The notes under the pieces are model-generated. The model saw nothing but the letters and a program-made list of their open reading frames with translations, ran no database searches and was not told the DNA's origin. From the NCBI GenBank assembly GCA_964544625.1, contig CAZJBQ010000003.1, positions 2,658 to 66,657 on the forward strand: DNA of 64,000 nt, given 5' to 3'. Of the stretch, positions 47,825 to 59,027 are shown piece after piece. The position numbers and the translations under genes are program-made. This stretch comes from an uncultured Candidatus Peribacteria bacterium. GTDB lineage: Bacteria > Patescibacteriota > Gracilibacteria > BD1-5 > JAGOOR01. Every line of letters starts with the position of its first letter. Positions within the stretch are counted from its first letter, which is position 1.

Positions 47825-48163
47825 TTATTTTCTATCCAATTTTTTGCTGGTAGCAAATAATTCAGCCTCGTTCTCTATTTCTCTTATGTATTGTTTATAA
47901 TCTTGATATTGATTATATGAATCTTTATGTGAATGGCTACCTTCAGACATACTGAGTATTTTTGAGTCTAGATCTATCTCTTCTTTTATTTTTCGTTCCT
48001 GATATTCGTCATCTTTATTTTTTGCCGTACTCATTTTGTATAAGAAGTATAGAAAAAATATTGTTCATATAATCATTACCCACTCTACACTTTTTACATA
48101 TTCTGGGAATAATTCTTCCACAGTGTAATTGGAAGAGCACTGTTCTATACTATCGATGGTCAT
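47825..48163 (-). CDS. Hypothetical small membrane protein (112 aa)
   Basis: ORF 47825..48034 extends upstream across one TGA to ATG at 48163, adding a TM segment (WVMII[G]TIFFLYFLY). AT-rich. Confidence 0.45.
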
Positions 48164-48179
48164 ATAAATAATTTAAGAA

Positions 48180-48590
48180 TTATTGTTTTTCCGCTATCTC
48201 TTTGACAGCTTGGAGTGCTTCGTCCCAGCCAGCGACAGCGTCAGCGTATTCTTCTTCATCGAGGTCTTCGATTTGTCCTTCGGTTCCTGTGAGGAGAGTA
48301 TTATTGCCTTGTGCCGTGAATTTGTAGGTGATGACAGAAGTGACTTCGCCTGTGTCCTCAGCATCGAAGAGGTCGTGTTCGATAAGTTCGTGTTTTTTGA
48401 TTGCGAGGAGAGCCCCACGAGTGTACATGACACCATCATTGCCCATCCAGCCAAAGTCACTCCCGACTTTCCAGTCGGTGACGTATTTTCCTCCCATTTT
48501 TGAGGTGAGGGCCGGATCAGTAAAGACGCGCCAGACAGTTTCGACTGGAGCTTTTATAGTGATGGATTTGGTGATGGTTTTCTGAGACAT
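48180..48590 (-). CDS. SRPBCC/AHSA1-like domain protein
   Basis: 136-aa intact ORF. N-terminus ITIKAPVETVWRVFTDP is typical of the START/AHSA1 fold. Confidence 0.7.
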   Translation of the reverse strand: MSQKTITKSITIKAPVETVWRVFTDPALTSKMGGKYVTDWKVGSDFGWMGNDGVMYTRGALLAIKKHELIEHDLFDAEDTGEVTSVITYKFTAQGNNTLLTGTEGQIEDLDEEEYADAVAGWDEALQAVKEIAEKQ

Positions 48591-48691
48591 GACCGGATTA
48601 TACTCCGCGTCTTATTATTTCAAAGTGCCTCTGAGCATTGCGATGGTGAGAAGAATTGAGAGTGTATTTATCGCTGGTTGAAAGCCTTAAA

Positions 48692-49627
48692 TTATCCTCG
48701 TGGGAGAACTTCATTGACGATAGCATCACTGTTATCGATGTTGAGAGTTTCTTGGATAACGCTTCTCAGTGTCGTGAGAACATCTGAACGGAACTGGAGC
48801 TTCTTCGCGGCAGGGATGATAGCGGTGAATCCATCGTCTGATTGGATTGATTCGACGAGTTTCTTTTGTTTATCAGTTGCTTCTTTGATGAGTGTATCGA
48901 TTTTAGTAGCGAGTGCTTCGAGGATTGGGTTAAAATCTGCTGCTGTTTTATTACCACGCATGGTTGTGAGTCGGTCTCGTATTATTCCTCCAAATGTATT
49001 TTCGCCCATTTGTGTGAAATCGTTGATATTGACATATCCATTTGTATAGAGAAGTGTTGAGAGATATGCCACACGAGCATCGATACCCTGAGTGTTGAGT
49101 CCGTAGACACTCCCGACGAGAGAATATGGTATGTAGTTACCTTCTCCGAGTTCGAGGATGAGCTGAACTGTGTAGCCATAATCTACAGTCCCAGTAGATT
49201 TGATTTTACTGATATCGACTATTATCCCTTTTGAGACCTTACTGATATCAACCGGTATTTGTCCTACTTCCATGCCGTTTGGTCCTATGTATGCTCCGCT
49301 AGCATAATTGAATTGTCCGACGAGAACATAAGCTCGTGTGACATGTTTCGCGATTTCTTCGGGTATTTCACCGACGAATGTGAGTCCTTTTGTGAAAAAA
49401 TGGTTCGTATTGTATGTGTCGTCAGCGATAATTGTGTTGCTCGCTGCGCGGATGATGTGTTTCTGAACTATTGCCTGGAGAGCAGGATCCTTGATACTAT
49501 TGATGATTTGGACGATGCTCGCTGTCATGCTGATATCTTGAGATGGTACGTATGATCCTCCACCAGCAAAGGTGAGTGAACTCGAGATTGCGACTGTTGC
49601 GAGCAGGAGGGAGAGTGACTTTTTCAT
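48692..49627 (-). CDS. Secreted hypothetical protein (311 aa)
   Basis: Intact ORF with signal peptide MKKSLSLLLATVAISSSLTFA. Confidence 0.65.
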   Translation of the reverse strand: MKKSLSLLLATVAISSSLTFAGGGSYVPSQDISMTASIVQIINSIKDPALQAIVQKHIIRAASNTIIADDTYNTNHFFTKGLTFVGEIPEEIAKHVTRAYVLVGQFNYASGAYIGPNGMEVGQIPVDISKVSKGIIVDISKIKSTGTVDYGYTVQLILELGEGNYIPYSLVGSVYGLNTQGIDARVAYLSTLLYTNGYVNINDFTQMGENTFGGIIRDRLTTMRGNKTAADFNPILEALATKIDTLIKEATDKQKKLVESIQSDDGFTAIIPAAKKLQFRSDVLTTLRSVIQETLNIDNSDAIVNEVLPRG

Positions 49628-49770
49628 AGGAAAAATAATAAAATAAGAACAGATTTATTCTATTGAGAACGTATTTTTTACAAGAATTGAAATGAGCCGA
49701 AAACCTATATTGAATATTATTTTGAAAACAACGGTTTTATTTTTATCTTTTTTCTTATAATTCAAATCCT

Positions 49771-50217
49771 ATGACTAAACTCGCTATTACTTCTGTCTAT
49801 GCTAATCCGATTCACCCGGGGCATATTGATTCATTTGAACTCTCAAAATCTGTCGCTGGAGCTGATGAGCTCTGGGTTATCGTCAACAATGACCACCAGG
49901 CTCGCCTCAAACGCGGTGTCGAGAGTTTCCAAGATGAGACATACCGTTGTCGCGTTGTGAGTGCTATCCGTGCTGTCGATAGAGTATTTCTCAGTATCGA
50001 CCAAGATAGAACTGTGTGTGAGAGTCTTCGCGCCCTCATCCTCGAGGCAAATGCGAGCGGTAAATATAGCGAAATTATTTTCACAAAAGGCGGAGATCGA
50101 TTTGCTGGAGAAATCCCAGAATCAGTCGTTTGCAATGAATTTGGTGTCAAAATCGTCGATGGACTTGGAGAAAAAACACATAATAGTTCTGACTACGCTA
50201 TCAAAAAGCAGAGTTAA
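49771..50217 (+). CDS. Cytidylyltransferase-like nucleotidyltransferase (148 aa)
   Basis: ANPIHPGHID is the HxGH motif, on a small Rossmann-like protein. Confidence 0.7.
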   Translation: MTKLAITSVYANPIHPGHIDSFELSKSVAGADELWVIVNNDHQARLKRGVESFQDETYRCRVVSAIRAVDRVFLSIDQDRTVCESLRALILEANASGKYSEIIFTKGGDRFAGEIPESVVCNEFGVKIVDGLGEKTHNSSDYAIKKQS

Positions 50218-50253
50218 TTATTGTATTTAGTGTGCTTTGAGTAGAATAACTCC

Positions 50254-50730
50254 ATGAGAAAAGGTCCTGAAAAATTATCCAATAATGCTCCTGAGAATTG
50301 AGACAATTCTTCGGAGTATCTCAAAGCCAAAAAAGAAGCGGTTGATAGAGCAAAAAAATTGCAATCCGAGCTTGCTTCAAACCTCGAAAAATCTGATACA
50401 CGCGGACGTATCGATACCAATGATATAGCGTGGCTCGGTGGCCCTGATAAGAATAAAAAACGTGAGCAAAATACAGATCGTACTGAGACACCTTTTGGTT
50501 CGCCCCTTCCAGAATACAATCATATTGGTCAAGGAGCATTTCCAGCACTAGAAGATGTTTGATTTACCGAAGCTAAGACGCTTCCAGCGCTCGCCCTGGG
50601 GCTGACTGCGCCTATCGGTGAAACGGCGAAAGTCCTCAGTCATGTGCCGGGTGATTTGGTGGCACTCGTGACCAATCCTCTCGGTGAGTTTCGTAATACG
50701 ATGGATGTTTGGAAAAATTGAATGTCCTAG
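50254..50730 (+). CDS. Hypothetical protein (158 aa)
   Basis: ATG at 50254 is in frame with ORF 50359..50562. Three in-frame TGA, TAG at 50728-50730. Confidence 0.5.
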
Positions 50731-50733
50731 TCT

Positions 50734-51567
50734 ATGCTCTGCTCTGTTATACCCTATACTCGCTCTATCGACGATACGCTCGTGACGTACGAATTACCAG
50801 CTGAATTTATTCCTTTTGTGAAAGTGGGGAGTAGTGTGCGAGTTCCCTGGGGTAATGACACTATTATTGCTATTGTCGCTTCTATTGCTGCCGAGATTCC
50901 CTATGAGTGACAACTCAAGCCTATTGTCGGTCCTCACTGTACTGTACCATGGTTGTCTCCATCAGAGATAGCGCTCGTGATCCATCTCGCACGACAGCTC
51001 TTTACTCGCATTCACATTATTGCGCAACTGTTTGTTCCTGTGGGGTTATTTTCACTTTTTGAGCGTGATAATTTTCTCCAACTGACTCCGCCACTCACCA
51101 AAATCGGTAAAGGTGCAGCGACCTATACCATAGCACCAGATAAGGATACTATGTTGGTGCATTTGCGTGAACAACTGTGACGAGAACCAGGACTGGTGAG
51201 TCTCCCTGAGGGGATATCTGTGGCTTCGTGGTCAGAACAATGTGATATACCAGCGATAGCTGATACACATCCGAAATCACTCACGAAACAACGCAAACTC
51301 TATCTCGATATCCTCAATCATTCTGAAGATGTCGTATTCGGTACGAGACGCACGCTCTTCAAGCGAATAGCGCCATATCAACATATCTATGTCATTCATG
51401 AAAATCTCTCTAAACACGTGTATTATGGTCTCCATAAAATGCCTCTCTGGCTCGTGTTGCAACAACTCGAACAGCATGGCCATATAATTCATTATTTGAC
51501 CACAACTCCGTCAATTCGTACCCTCACTCAGTTTCTCCAAGAAAAAAAATCAGTACAATACCTCTAA
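50734..51567 (+). CDS. Degenerate PriA-like protein (277 aa)
   Basis: N-terminus YELPAEFIPFVKVGSSVRVPWGNDTIIAIV resembles the PriA 3'-DNA-binding domain. VVFGTRRTLF, YVIHEN and LTTTPS sit where PriA has iGtRSAlF, DEEH and SATPS. No Walker A is visible. Confidence 0.55.
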
Positions 51568-51648
51568 AGCGAAACTAAAAATGCAAAGTGCAAAGTTCAA
51601 AGTGAACTCTTCTGTACAGTTGTATATAGACAAAATATATTATTCCCT

Positions 51649-54015
51649 ATGCGAGAACTCTTTGACAAGATAAGTGCCATATTTGACCATCTCTCGACCC
51701 AATCACGTATTTGGGTTGTTCTGAGTTGTATTGGTTTCTGTCTTTTGTTTATTATTGTTGTTCTCGCGAAATATACACTCGTCGATCATGAGTTCTATAA
51801 AAACCTTGCTGACAGACAACAGCTCCGAAAAATAGAGCTATCAGTCAATAGAGGCACAATTTACAGTACTCTTGATCCTCATCGTATCAATGTAGCGAGT
51901 GATTTTTCCCCGACGTCGATATTGGCGACGACTTCTGTTGCCAAAGATCTCAAAATCGACCCTTCTGCACCATGTAATCTGACTCTTCTTGAGCCATTTC
52001 TGCTTGATATAGCGTATCAGCACCTCTGTGTGGGACGTTCCCAGGTGAGCTGTTTTGATAATATCATGAAGTTCACTAATACATTTGTGACACCAGATAA
52101 TTTCTCATTTACCAAAGAGCAAATACTCGGATTTATCGCTCCCACAGTGCATGAGATGACCAACCGTGTCCACAAAACTCGTATACTCCTCGTCGATAAT
52201 CTCAGCCCACAAGAGCTCAATACGGTTCTCGGTCTCGGCAATCCCGGTATTTCTGTTATCGAGTCAGCGGTCTATATCAATCCCGATAAATTTGACCGAT
52301 CCCGCGGTATCGAAGCGCTCCTCAATATCCTCCGTATCGACCCTTCTGTCCTCGAAGATGCTCTCGTTCCACGTAAAAACCGTAACGTCGATATCGTCGA
52401 AAAACTCGCGAGCGATGTCTCTCTGCAGGTCGTGAATCGTATCAATAGTGAGCTCGCTCTCGCGAAACAGCAACCACTCAAGGACCAAGAAGAGTATCTC
52501 AAAAAGAATACCATCTACAAATGCCTCAAGCTCAACGATCATCCTGTGCGACAATATCCAGAAGGTTCTGTCGCGAGTCAGGTAACAGGTTTTGTTGATC
52601 GAGAAGATGTGGGCAAGCTCGGTATCGAGTGATATTTTCAGGACATGCTCGCTGGTAAATCAGGTCGAAAAGATGAGCGTCGTGATAGTCTCGGACGGCC
52701 TATATTTGACGAAGACGCAGAGCAAGAAGTAAAGTGAGTCGATCTCTATCTCACCCTCGATATCAATGTCCAAAAAGCCGTCATGGATGCCCTCGAAAAT
52801 GGTGTTCGTTTCGCAGGAGCTAACACGGCATCCGCGATTGTGATGGATCCAAAAACAGGAGCAATTCGTGCTATGGCGACGTATCCATCGTTTGATCCTG
52901 AGCGTCCTGGTAATGTCGATAAGATTGTCCGTTTTTTCCCCGCGGATCATCCTAATCCAATTCAATTCCTTCTCGGAAAAACACTCTTTGTGGAGTCGCC
53001 ATCCGGGACGGTTAAAAAGATTTTTGAAAATCGACTCGTTACGGTTGTAGAGCTCCATGATGAGGATCAGATGCTCGAAGCATTGGCTATACCTGAGGCA
53101 GTCTTTTATGTCTATGAAAATAATGTTTGACTCGGAGCGCACCAAAATATGGCCCTCACATCACCCTATGAACCAGGAAGTATTTTCAAATGACTCACGG
53201 CAGCTATTGGTCTCGATGCTGGTGAGATAGAGCCAGATATGATTTATGAAGACAGAGGAAGGATCAAAATCGATGAATTCGAAATCAATAACCTCGATAA
53301 TAATAAATGTCAGTGATGGCATACGTTTCGTAATGCTCTGAACTTCAGTTGTAATGTGGGCATGATCAATATCGTACAACGTGTCGGCAAAGCGCTTTTT
53401 TATGAATATCTCAAGAAATTTTGACTCGGAGATATCACTGGTCTCACGCTTGATGGCGAGCATACTGGTTCTCTCGAAGCTGTCGAAAAATGGCCGAAAG
53501 CTAAATTATTTACTATGACATTCGGACAAGGTATCCAGGTCAATCTCGTCCAAATGGCAGCAGCATATTCAGTTTTTGCCAACGGAGGAGTGTACATGCA
53601 ACCCTATATAGTTGGACGACGTGTCTATCCTGATGGTGATAGTGTCGATACCGAACCTATCCCAGTGCGCCGAGTCATCAGTCAGGCTGCCGCTCAAAAA
53701 GCGACTGCTATGCTCACAGAATCAACCAAACAAGGTTTCGCGAAAGCGGGTGCTGTTCCTGGGTATAGTCTCGCTGGTAAAACTGGTACCTCTCAGATAT
53801 CGAGTAGTCGAGGAGGATACGAAAAAGGTGAAAATGGTCGTACCAATACATCTTATGCTGGTTTTGGTCCTTCCAATGATCCAAAATTTGTCATCATTGT
53901 CCGTTTTGATCGTCCTCGCAATACCCAATATGCTGAGTTTTCTGCTGCGAAAACATTCAAAGAAATTGCGGCCTTTATGCTCCAGTATTACGGAGTACCA
54001 CCAAATAATAAATAA
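51649..54015 (+). CDS. Class B penicillin-binding protein (PBP2/FtsI-type transpeptidase)
   Basis: N-terminal TM anchor, then SIFK (SxxK), SCN (SxN) and KTGT. Three track fragments share one frame and join through TGA. 788 aa. Confidence 0.9.
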
Positions 54016-54033
54016 ATAATTTTTATAAAAAAA

Positions 54034-54058
54034 TCCTTCTTATAAAGAAGGAATTTTT
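54034..54058. terminator. Bidirectional rho-independent terminator candidate
   Basis: TCCTTCTT-ATA-AAGAAGGA hairpin flanked by an A-run upstream and ATTTTTG downstream. Lies between the PBP stop and the 3' side of the tRNA locus. Confidence 0.55.
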
Positions 54059-54069
54059 GTTGTGAAAAC

Positions 54070-54148
54070 TGGTGGGAACGCTGGGAATTGAACCAGAGGA
54101 TTGCATTTATTGCAATCCGAGTAGTAACGGGTTCATGTGATTTGAATC
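54070..54148 (-). other. tRNA-like fragment: degenerate copy of the tRNA-Lys T-arm and 3' acceptor end, plus two unrelated hairpins
   Basis: It ends in CTGG-TTCAATT-CCCAGCGTTCCCACCA, about 27 nt nearly identical to the 3' end of the adjacent tRNA-Lys. It has no 5' acceptor strand (GGGAACG) and its central 7-bp hairpin loop is AATAAAT, with no U33. Confidence 0.5.
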
Positions 54149-54224
54149 TGGTGGGAACGCTGGGAATTGAACCCAGGACCATCACCTTAAAAGGGTGCTG
54201 CTCTACCAATTGAGCTACGTTCCC
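54149..54224 (-). tRNA. tRNA-Lys(UUU): tRNA-Lys (anticodon UUU), CCA encoded
   Basis: GGGAACG TA GCTC AATTGGTA GAGC A GCACC CTTTTAA GGTGA TGGTC CTGGG TTCAATT CCCAG CGTTCCC A CCA folds as a cloverleaf with U33, anticodon TTT and A37. Confidence 0.85.
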
Positions 54225-54342
54225 GTGACAACTAACGTGGCGTGACTATATGAAAAAAATAAACTTTGTCTAGTCGATTTTCCCCCTGTTTATTTGACCG
54301 AACCCGAAAAGCATAGTATGGTTATACAGTAATCACAATTTT

Positions 54343-56685
54343 ATGCGTCGTGCTCTCCTTATTTTTCTCGGAATACTCTCTGCAAATTTCACGTTTGGTA
54401 TTTGATATACCGTGAGTTGTAGCAGTATCCCAGAAGCGGCTGGTAGCTGTGATCAGTGTTTCCACTTTGATCTCGGCTCGAGTAACTCTCCTTCTGATAA
54501 TTTTGTTCCCAGAACTGGTATTGCTTCTGGCAGTTATGAATTTATCTACACCGCGCAGAGCTCTATCACTGGTACGACGTATCAGGGGGCAAATGTTACT
54601 CCTACAGGGAATATCACCAGTTTATTCAATCTCACAGACAGAGGTGTCGCTAATAATTCATGGACGTGGGCGAGCATGAAAAGCGGAAGTGCCATCGTCA
54701 AGGGTACAGTACCAACCACTATAGATATTGGCCGACCTATCTATCTTCTCAAATTCACAACACTCTCAGGTATCAAGGATGCGAATAATGTTATCCAGCC
54801 TGGTCAAGATGTGACTCATCGTGAATGTGCTTTTTACTACCAAACTGCGCCAACTGCTTTTTGTGGTAATGGTAATCGTGAGGGAACAGAACAGTGTGAT
54901 GATGGTAATACGGTCAATACCGATGCATGTAGTAATACATGTACCAATAACTCTGCCGGGGCATGTGGTACACAAAATAATAACTCTGTTTATGATCAAT
55001 CAGCTGGTACGGCTCTTGTAGCCTCTACTTCTGGTCTTTGTGCTTCTGGTGCTGTTGCGAGTTTTCTCTATAGTCCGTCACAGAATCGATGGACATGGAG
55101 CTGTGCTGGCTCAAATAATGGTGCATCACCGAGCTGTCAAGCAAATCGAACCTACTGTGGTAATGGAACTATAGAAAGCACAGAACAGTGTGATGATGGG
55201 AATACAAATAATAATGATGGATGTAATACGAGCTGTCGTATAGCGAGTATCCCAAGCCCGGCTATCCGAATCTATAAAGATGATGCCGATAATCGTGATG
55301 ATCGTCAGACCATTACTTCTGGTACGAGACCACGATTCACCATTACGGTTATCAACTATGGTAATGTCGATCTCCGTGATGTCGTCGTCACAGATCAACG
55401 AGCGCCTGGTTGTGATAAGACTATTGGGACATTGGCTCGCAATGATTCAAAGACCTACACTTGTGAAGGTACGACAACCACAGCTTCATTTACGAATACT
55501 GCTCGTGCTACTGGTCGGAGCATCACTGATACGACTGTTGTTTCTGATGATGATACCACAGAAGTAACTGTCGGGGCAACAGCCGTTTCGTGTACTGTAG
55601 GGGCTTCCAACAAGAGTGGTTATGCACCACTTCAGACGACATTGACTTGTAGTGGTTCACCTTCTGGTAAAACAGTCATGGCGGTGAAGAAAAATGGTAC
55701 AACACTTGAGCTTATCAATGCTTCTTCGAAGAATTATACCTTTAATAATATTGGTAGCTATACAGTTGTTTGTTACCCAGATGGTAGTCAACAGAATCAA
55801 GGCAACGCTTGTACAACAAATATCCAGGTTGGTTCTCTCTGTGGTAATAGAAAAGTAGAAGGTGCCGAACAATGTGATGATGGAAACACTCGTTCTGGTG
55901 ATGGTTGTAATCAGTCTTGCGAAATCGAATACAAAATCCAGCCTATATGCTGAAATGGTAAACTCGAGGGAAGTGAAGAATGTGACGATGGAAATCGTGA
56001 TAATAATGATTCATGTTCGAATATTTGTCTCGCTCCAACATGTGGTAATGGTATCAGAGAAGGGAATGAGCAATGTGATGACGGCAATATGAGCAATAAA
56101 GATTCTTGTTCGAACATTTGTCGTACTATAGAACTCACTGATCCTCGATGTCGCGTAGAAGCCCTTGATTATAGTGGCCCTGCTCCGTTTTCGACGTCAC
56201 TCCTCTGTACTGGAGAGCCACGGGGTCGTACCTTTATGGTGATTGAGAGAGGTGGTAAAACCATTAGTACTATCGAAACGGGTAATAGGAACTATACATT
56301 TACAAAATCAGGGACATATACTATTACATGTTATCCAGATAGTAGCCCAGAAAATCATCGAAATCTCTGTCGTACCACGGTCGAAGTTGGTGGGCAGTGT
56401 GGAAATGGTGTCGTCGAAAATGGTGAACAATGTGATGATGGTAACACTATTTCTGGTGATGCATGTAATCGATTCTGCCGTATCAATGGTTCATCATGTG
56501 GTAATGGATACCTCGATCGTGGCGAACAATGTGATGATGGAAACAATGATAGTGGTGATTACTGCACCAATATCTGTCAACGAAACACACCGGATTCTGG
56601 TCCTCTCGGCATGATGGCTATTATCTTTGCCTTAGCTATCCTCGGCGGTGCGTACGTGACCTATAGGAAATATTATCGTATTTAG
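54343..56685 (+). CDS. Surface protein with seven CGNG-x-E-x-CDDGN Cys-rich repeats and a C-terminal anchor (780 aa)
   Basis: Signal peptide MRRALLIFLGILSA. Seven copies of ...E(Q/E)CDDGN-x4-5-D-x-C-x3-C. Two paralogous modules of about 100 aa. C-terminal TPDSGPLGMMAIIFALAILGGAYVTYRKYYRI. Joins across TGA at 55951. Confidence 0.8.
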
Positions 56686-56729
56686 TTCTTCGTAGTACCT
56701 TTTGAGGATATTTTCAATTCATACACAGC

Positions 56730-57653
56730 ATGACCTCCAATGTTCTCACTAAACAGTACCCACACTTTCAATATATAGAGTATTGCGGTCTGACGGATGC
56801 TCTTCAGAAAAAACTCGAAACTGAATTTCATATACTCCCCGATGATATCGAGGATATATTTTCTCCGACTCAGTTGTCAAAATTTGAAATACGAAAAAAT
56901 TATGCCTATTTTGCTCTTCAGTTCTCGGATATAGATATCCATAGTCGTATTTGTATTCAGCAGATTCACTGTATTGTGAGCAAAAAATACCTCTTCGTCA
57001 TTGATGAAGATGGTTTCCTCGGTATCAAAGAGTTTGATCGTATACGTAATCGCTTGGTAGATAAAGAAAACTACAATAGTTTTGATCTTTTTTATGAACT
57101 CCTCGATATCTCTGTGATTCGCATGTTTAGTCTCCTCAACGCGATACAAAATCGTGTGAGAACAATCGAATCAACTATTTTCTCTGATGGACACCTCGAA
57201 AACGATCAAATATCCGACATACAGGACACTAAAAAATGCATTATCAATTTCAAATCCATACTCTCTCCGCTGTATGATATGTTCGAAGAGCTCTCTCTCA
57301 AACACACCGATCTCATCGATGAAACTGGGAAAGAATCTATCGATGATTCGCTCGATAAAATCAAAAAACTCGTCAACCGGCTCGATAATTTCCGTGAAAT
57401 TACCAAACTCCTGACGGAAACCAATGAGATGCTCATGGCACGTAATACCAATCAGACCGTTCGACGTCTGACGATGTTCAATGTCCTCTTACTTGTCCCG
57501 AGCTTAACGGCTGCTTTTTTTGGAATGAATGTGCATTTTGGCTGGTTCTCTGTTCTCGATGATCAGCTCTGGCCACTCTTCACTATAGTTGGAATCATGC
57601 TATTACTCACACTCGGAATATACCTTTTCTTTACATGGAAAAAGTGGATTTAG
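56730..57653 (+). CDS. corA: CorA-family magnesium transporter
   Basis: C-terminal two TM segments with FFGMNV (GMN motif). Intact 307-aa ORF. Confidence 0.85.
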   Translation: MTSNVLTKQYPHFQYIEYCGLTDALQKKLETEFHILPDDIEDIFSPTQLSKFEIRKNYAYFALQFSDIDIHSRICIQQIHCIVSKKYLFVIDEDGFLGIKEFDRIRNRLVDKENYNSFDLFYELLDISVIRMFSLLNAIQNRVRTIESTIFSDGHLENDQISDIQDTKKCIINFKSILSPLYDMFEELSLKHTDLIDETGKESIDDSLDKIKKLVNRLDNFREITKLLTETNEMLMARNTNQTVRRLTMFNVLLLVPSLTAAFFGMNVHFGWFSVLDDQLWPLFTIVGIMLLLTLGIYLFFTWKKWI

Positions 57654-57669
57654 TTTGTTTTGCAAGAGA

Positions 57670-57969
57670 TTATTCTTTTGGTTCTTCTAGTTGTTTTTCG
57701 AGGTCGTAGAGTTCGCTTCGGAGCTGTATAGCTCTATCTGGGTCATTTGTCTCACCGAGGATTTCTTTTTTTATAGCTTCAATTCTTTTTTGGATTTTTT
57801 CTCTTTCTTCAGGCGTTGTCGCTTTTGGTGTTATTTTGATAGTCTGTGATTGGACACTATTGGTGAATGTACTTCCCAAAAACTTTTGATCAATGCGAGA
57901 AAAATACATACCTCCTCCGAGAGCAAAAGCTCAGAGGACTGTCATAATTGATACTGCTTTTATGTTCAT
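57670..57969 (-). CDS. Membrane-anchored hypothetical protein (99 aa)
   Basis: ORF 57670..57909 extends 20 codons upstream across one TGA to ATG at 57969, adding a TM or signal segment. Confidence 0.5.
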
Positions 57970-58006
57970 GGTGGTAGTATAGTGAAAATATATCCTTGTT
58001 GCAAAT

Positions 58007-59017
58007 TTATCTTATCACGGTGTAGTATGTTCGAGCGACTTCTTCCCATTTTGGATCGAGTTTTTTGAGCTCTGCGTAGACTCATGAGAAGTGGAGGGCG
58101 CCATAATGGATATAGATTTTTTTTGAGGGGGAATCAACAATTGCTCGGACGATATTTTTGTTTCTCTCGTCGAGGAGCACACTAAATACCGGGAGCTCTG
58201 ATTGCATATTACTCACAAAATTATTACTTGTGTAGGTTCTCAGGAGCATGTTCATCATTCCACGTGAGAGGACTTGGGCTATGTTTTTCTGAAAAGGTGA
58301 CATAGTTGGATAATATTTTTTTACTCCATCGATGATCAGAGCTTGCTCTCCTGTCGGTGCGGCTATGTTATTCTTTTCTGCGATAGCGACTATTTCATCT
58401 GTTGAGAGATCTACATTGACGCTTGGAAGTATGTCGATAAATATCTCATCACCTTGATACGAGAGTTCTGCAATATCGGCGAGCGTATCATACATCTCTG
58501 GTGATACATCGGTTCAGACGAGGTTACTCAATTTCTCTAGACTTGCTGCGCTCCCAGGTTTTACTCATTCATAAAAAAACACATAGTCCTGTCCGATGAG
58601 CTGTTGCATATCTTTTTTTATGTCTTCATAAAATCCAGGCGATGCAATGTGCATCATAGATTGAAATATGACAGTTTTTTCTCCATTTGACAGGGTGATG
58701 CGAGCGAGTGTGGCTGGTGCGGTTTTATTCATCAGAGATATCCCACCGTATGTTATCCATGGCAAGAGCCATATACAACTCACAAGTATGATCCAGCCTT
58801 TTAAGAAACTTGATAAAAAACGCTTCATCTTCGTCCTATCATCATGTTTTCCAAAAACTGCTCATACGAGACCGATAGCAATAGCCCCACCTATGGTGAT
58901 AAAAATAGATACTGGTATGATAACAAGAAAAATACCTACTCACTGCCATCATCCGAGTGTCCAGCTGAGCCAAAAATCAGCTATTAATGTCAAAAAAATA
59001 ATCAGTGAGAGAATCAT
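58007..59017 (-). CDS. Membrane protein, possibly TraB/GumN-like (336 aa; alternative start at 58828)
   Basis: Track ORFs 58565.. and 58082.. share one frame. MMHIASPGFY and IHYGALHF[G] recall the TraB/GumN family. In-frame upstream ATG at 59017, 10 nt after the PGM stop. Confidence 0.5.
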
Positions 59018-59027
59018 AAGTGAGTGT

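Noticed and set aside
51583-51603. A tandem heptamer GCAAAGT GCAAAGT TCAAAGT upstream of the PBP gene.
   Set aside because: There are only three short units, with no partner site or known binding motif. It is too weak to call regulatory.
54070-54148. A second genuine tRNA next to tRNA-Lys.
   Set aside because: There is no 5' acceptor strand complementary to CGTTCCC. The T-stem has lost a base. The central hairpin has a 7-bp stem with loop AATAAAT (no U33). I kept it as a tRNA-like fragment only.
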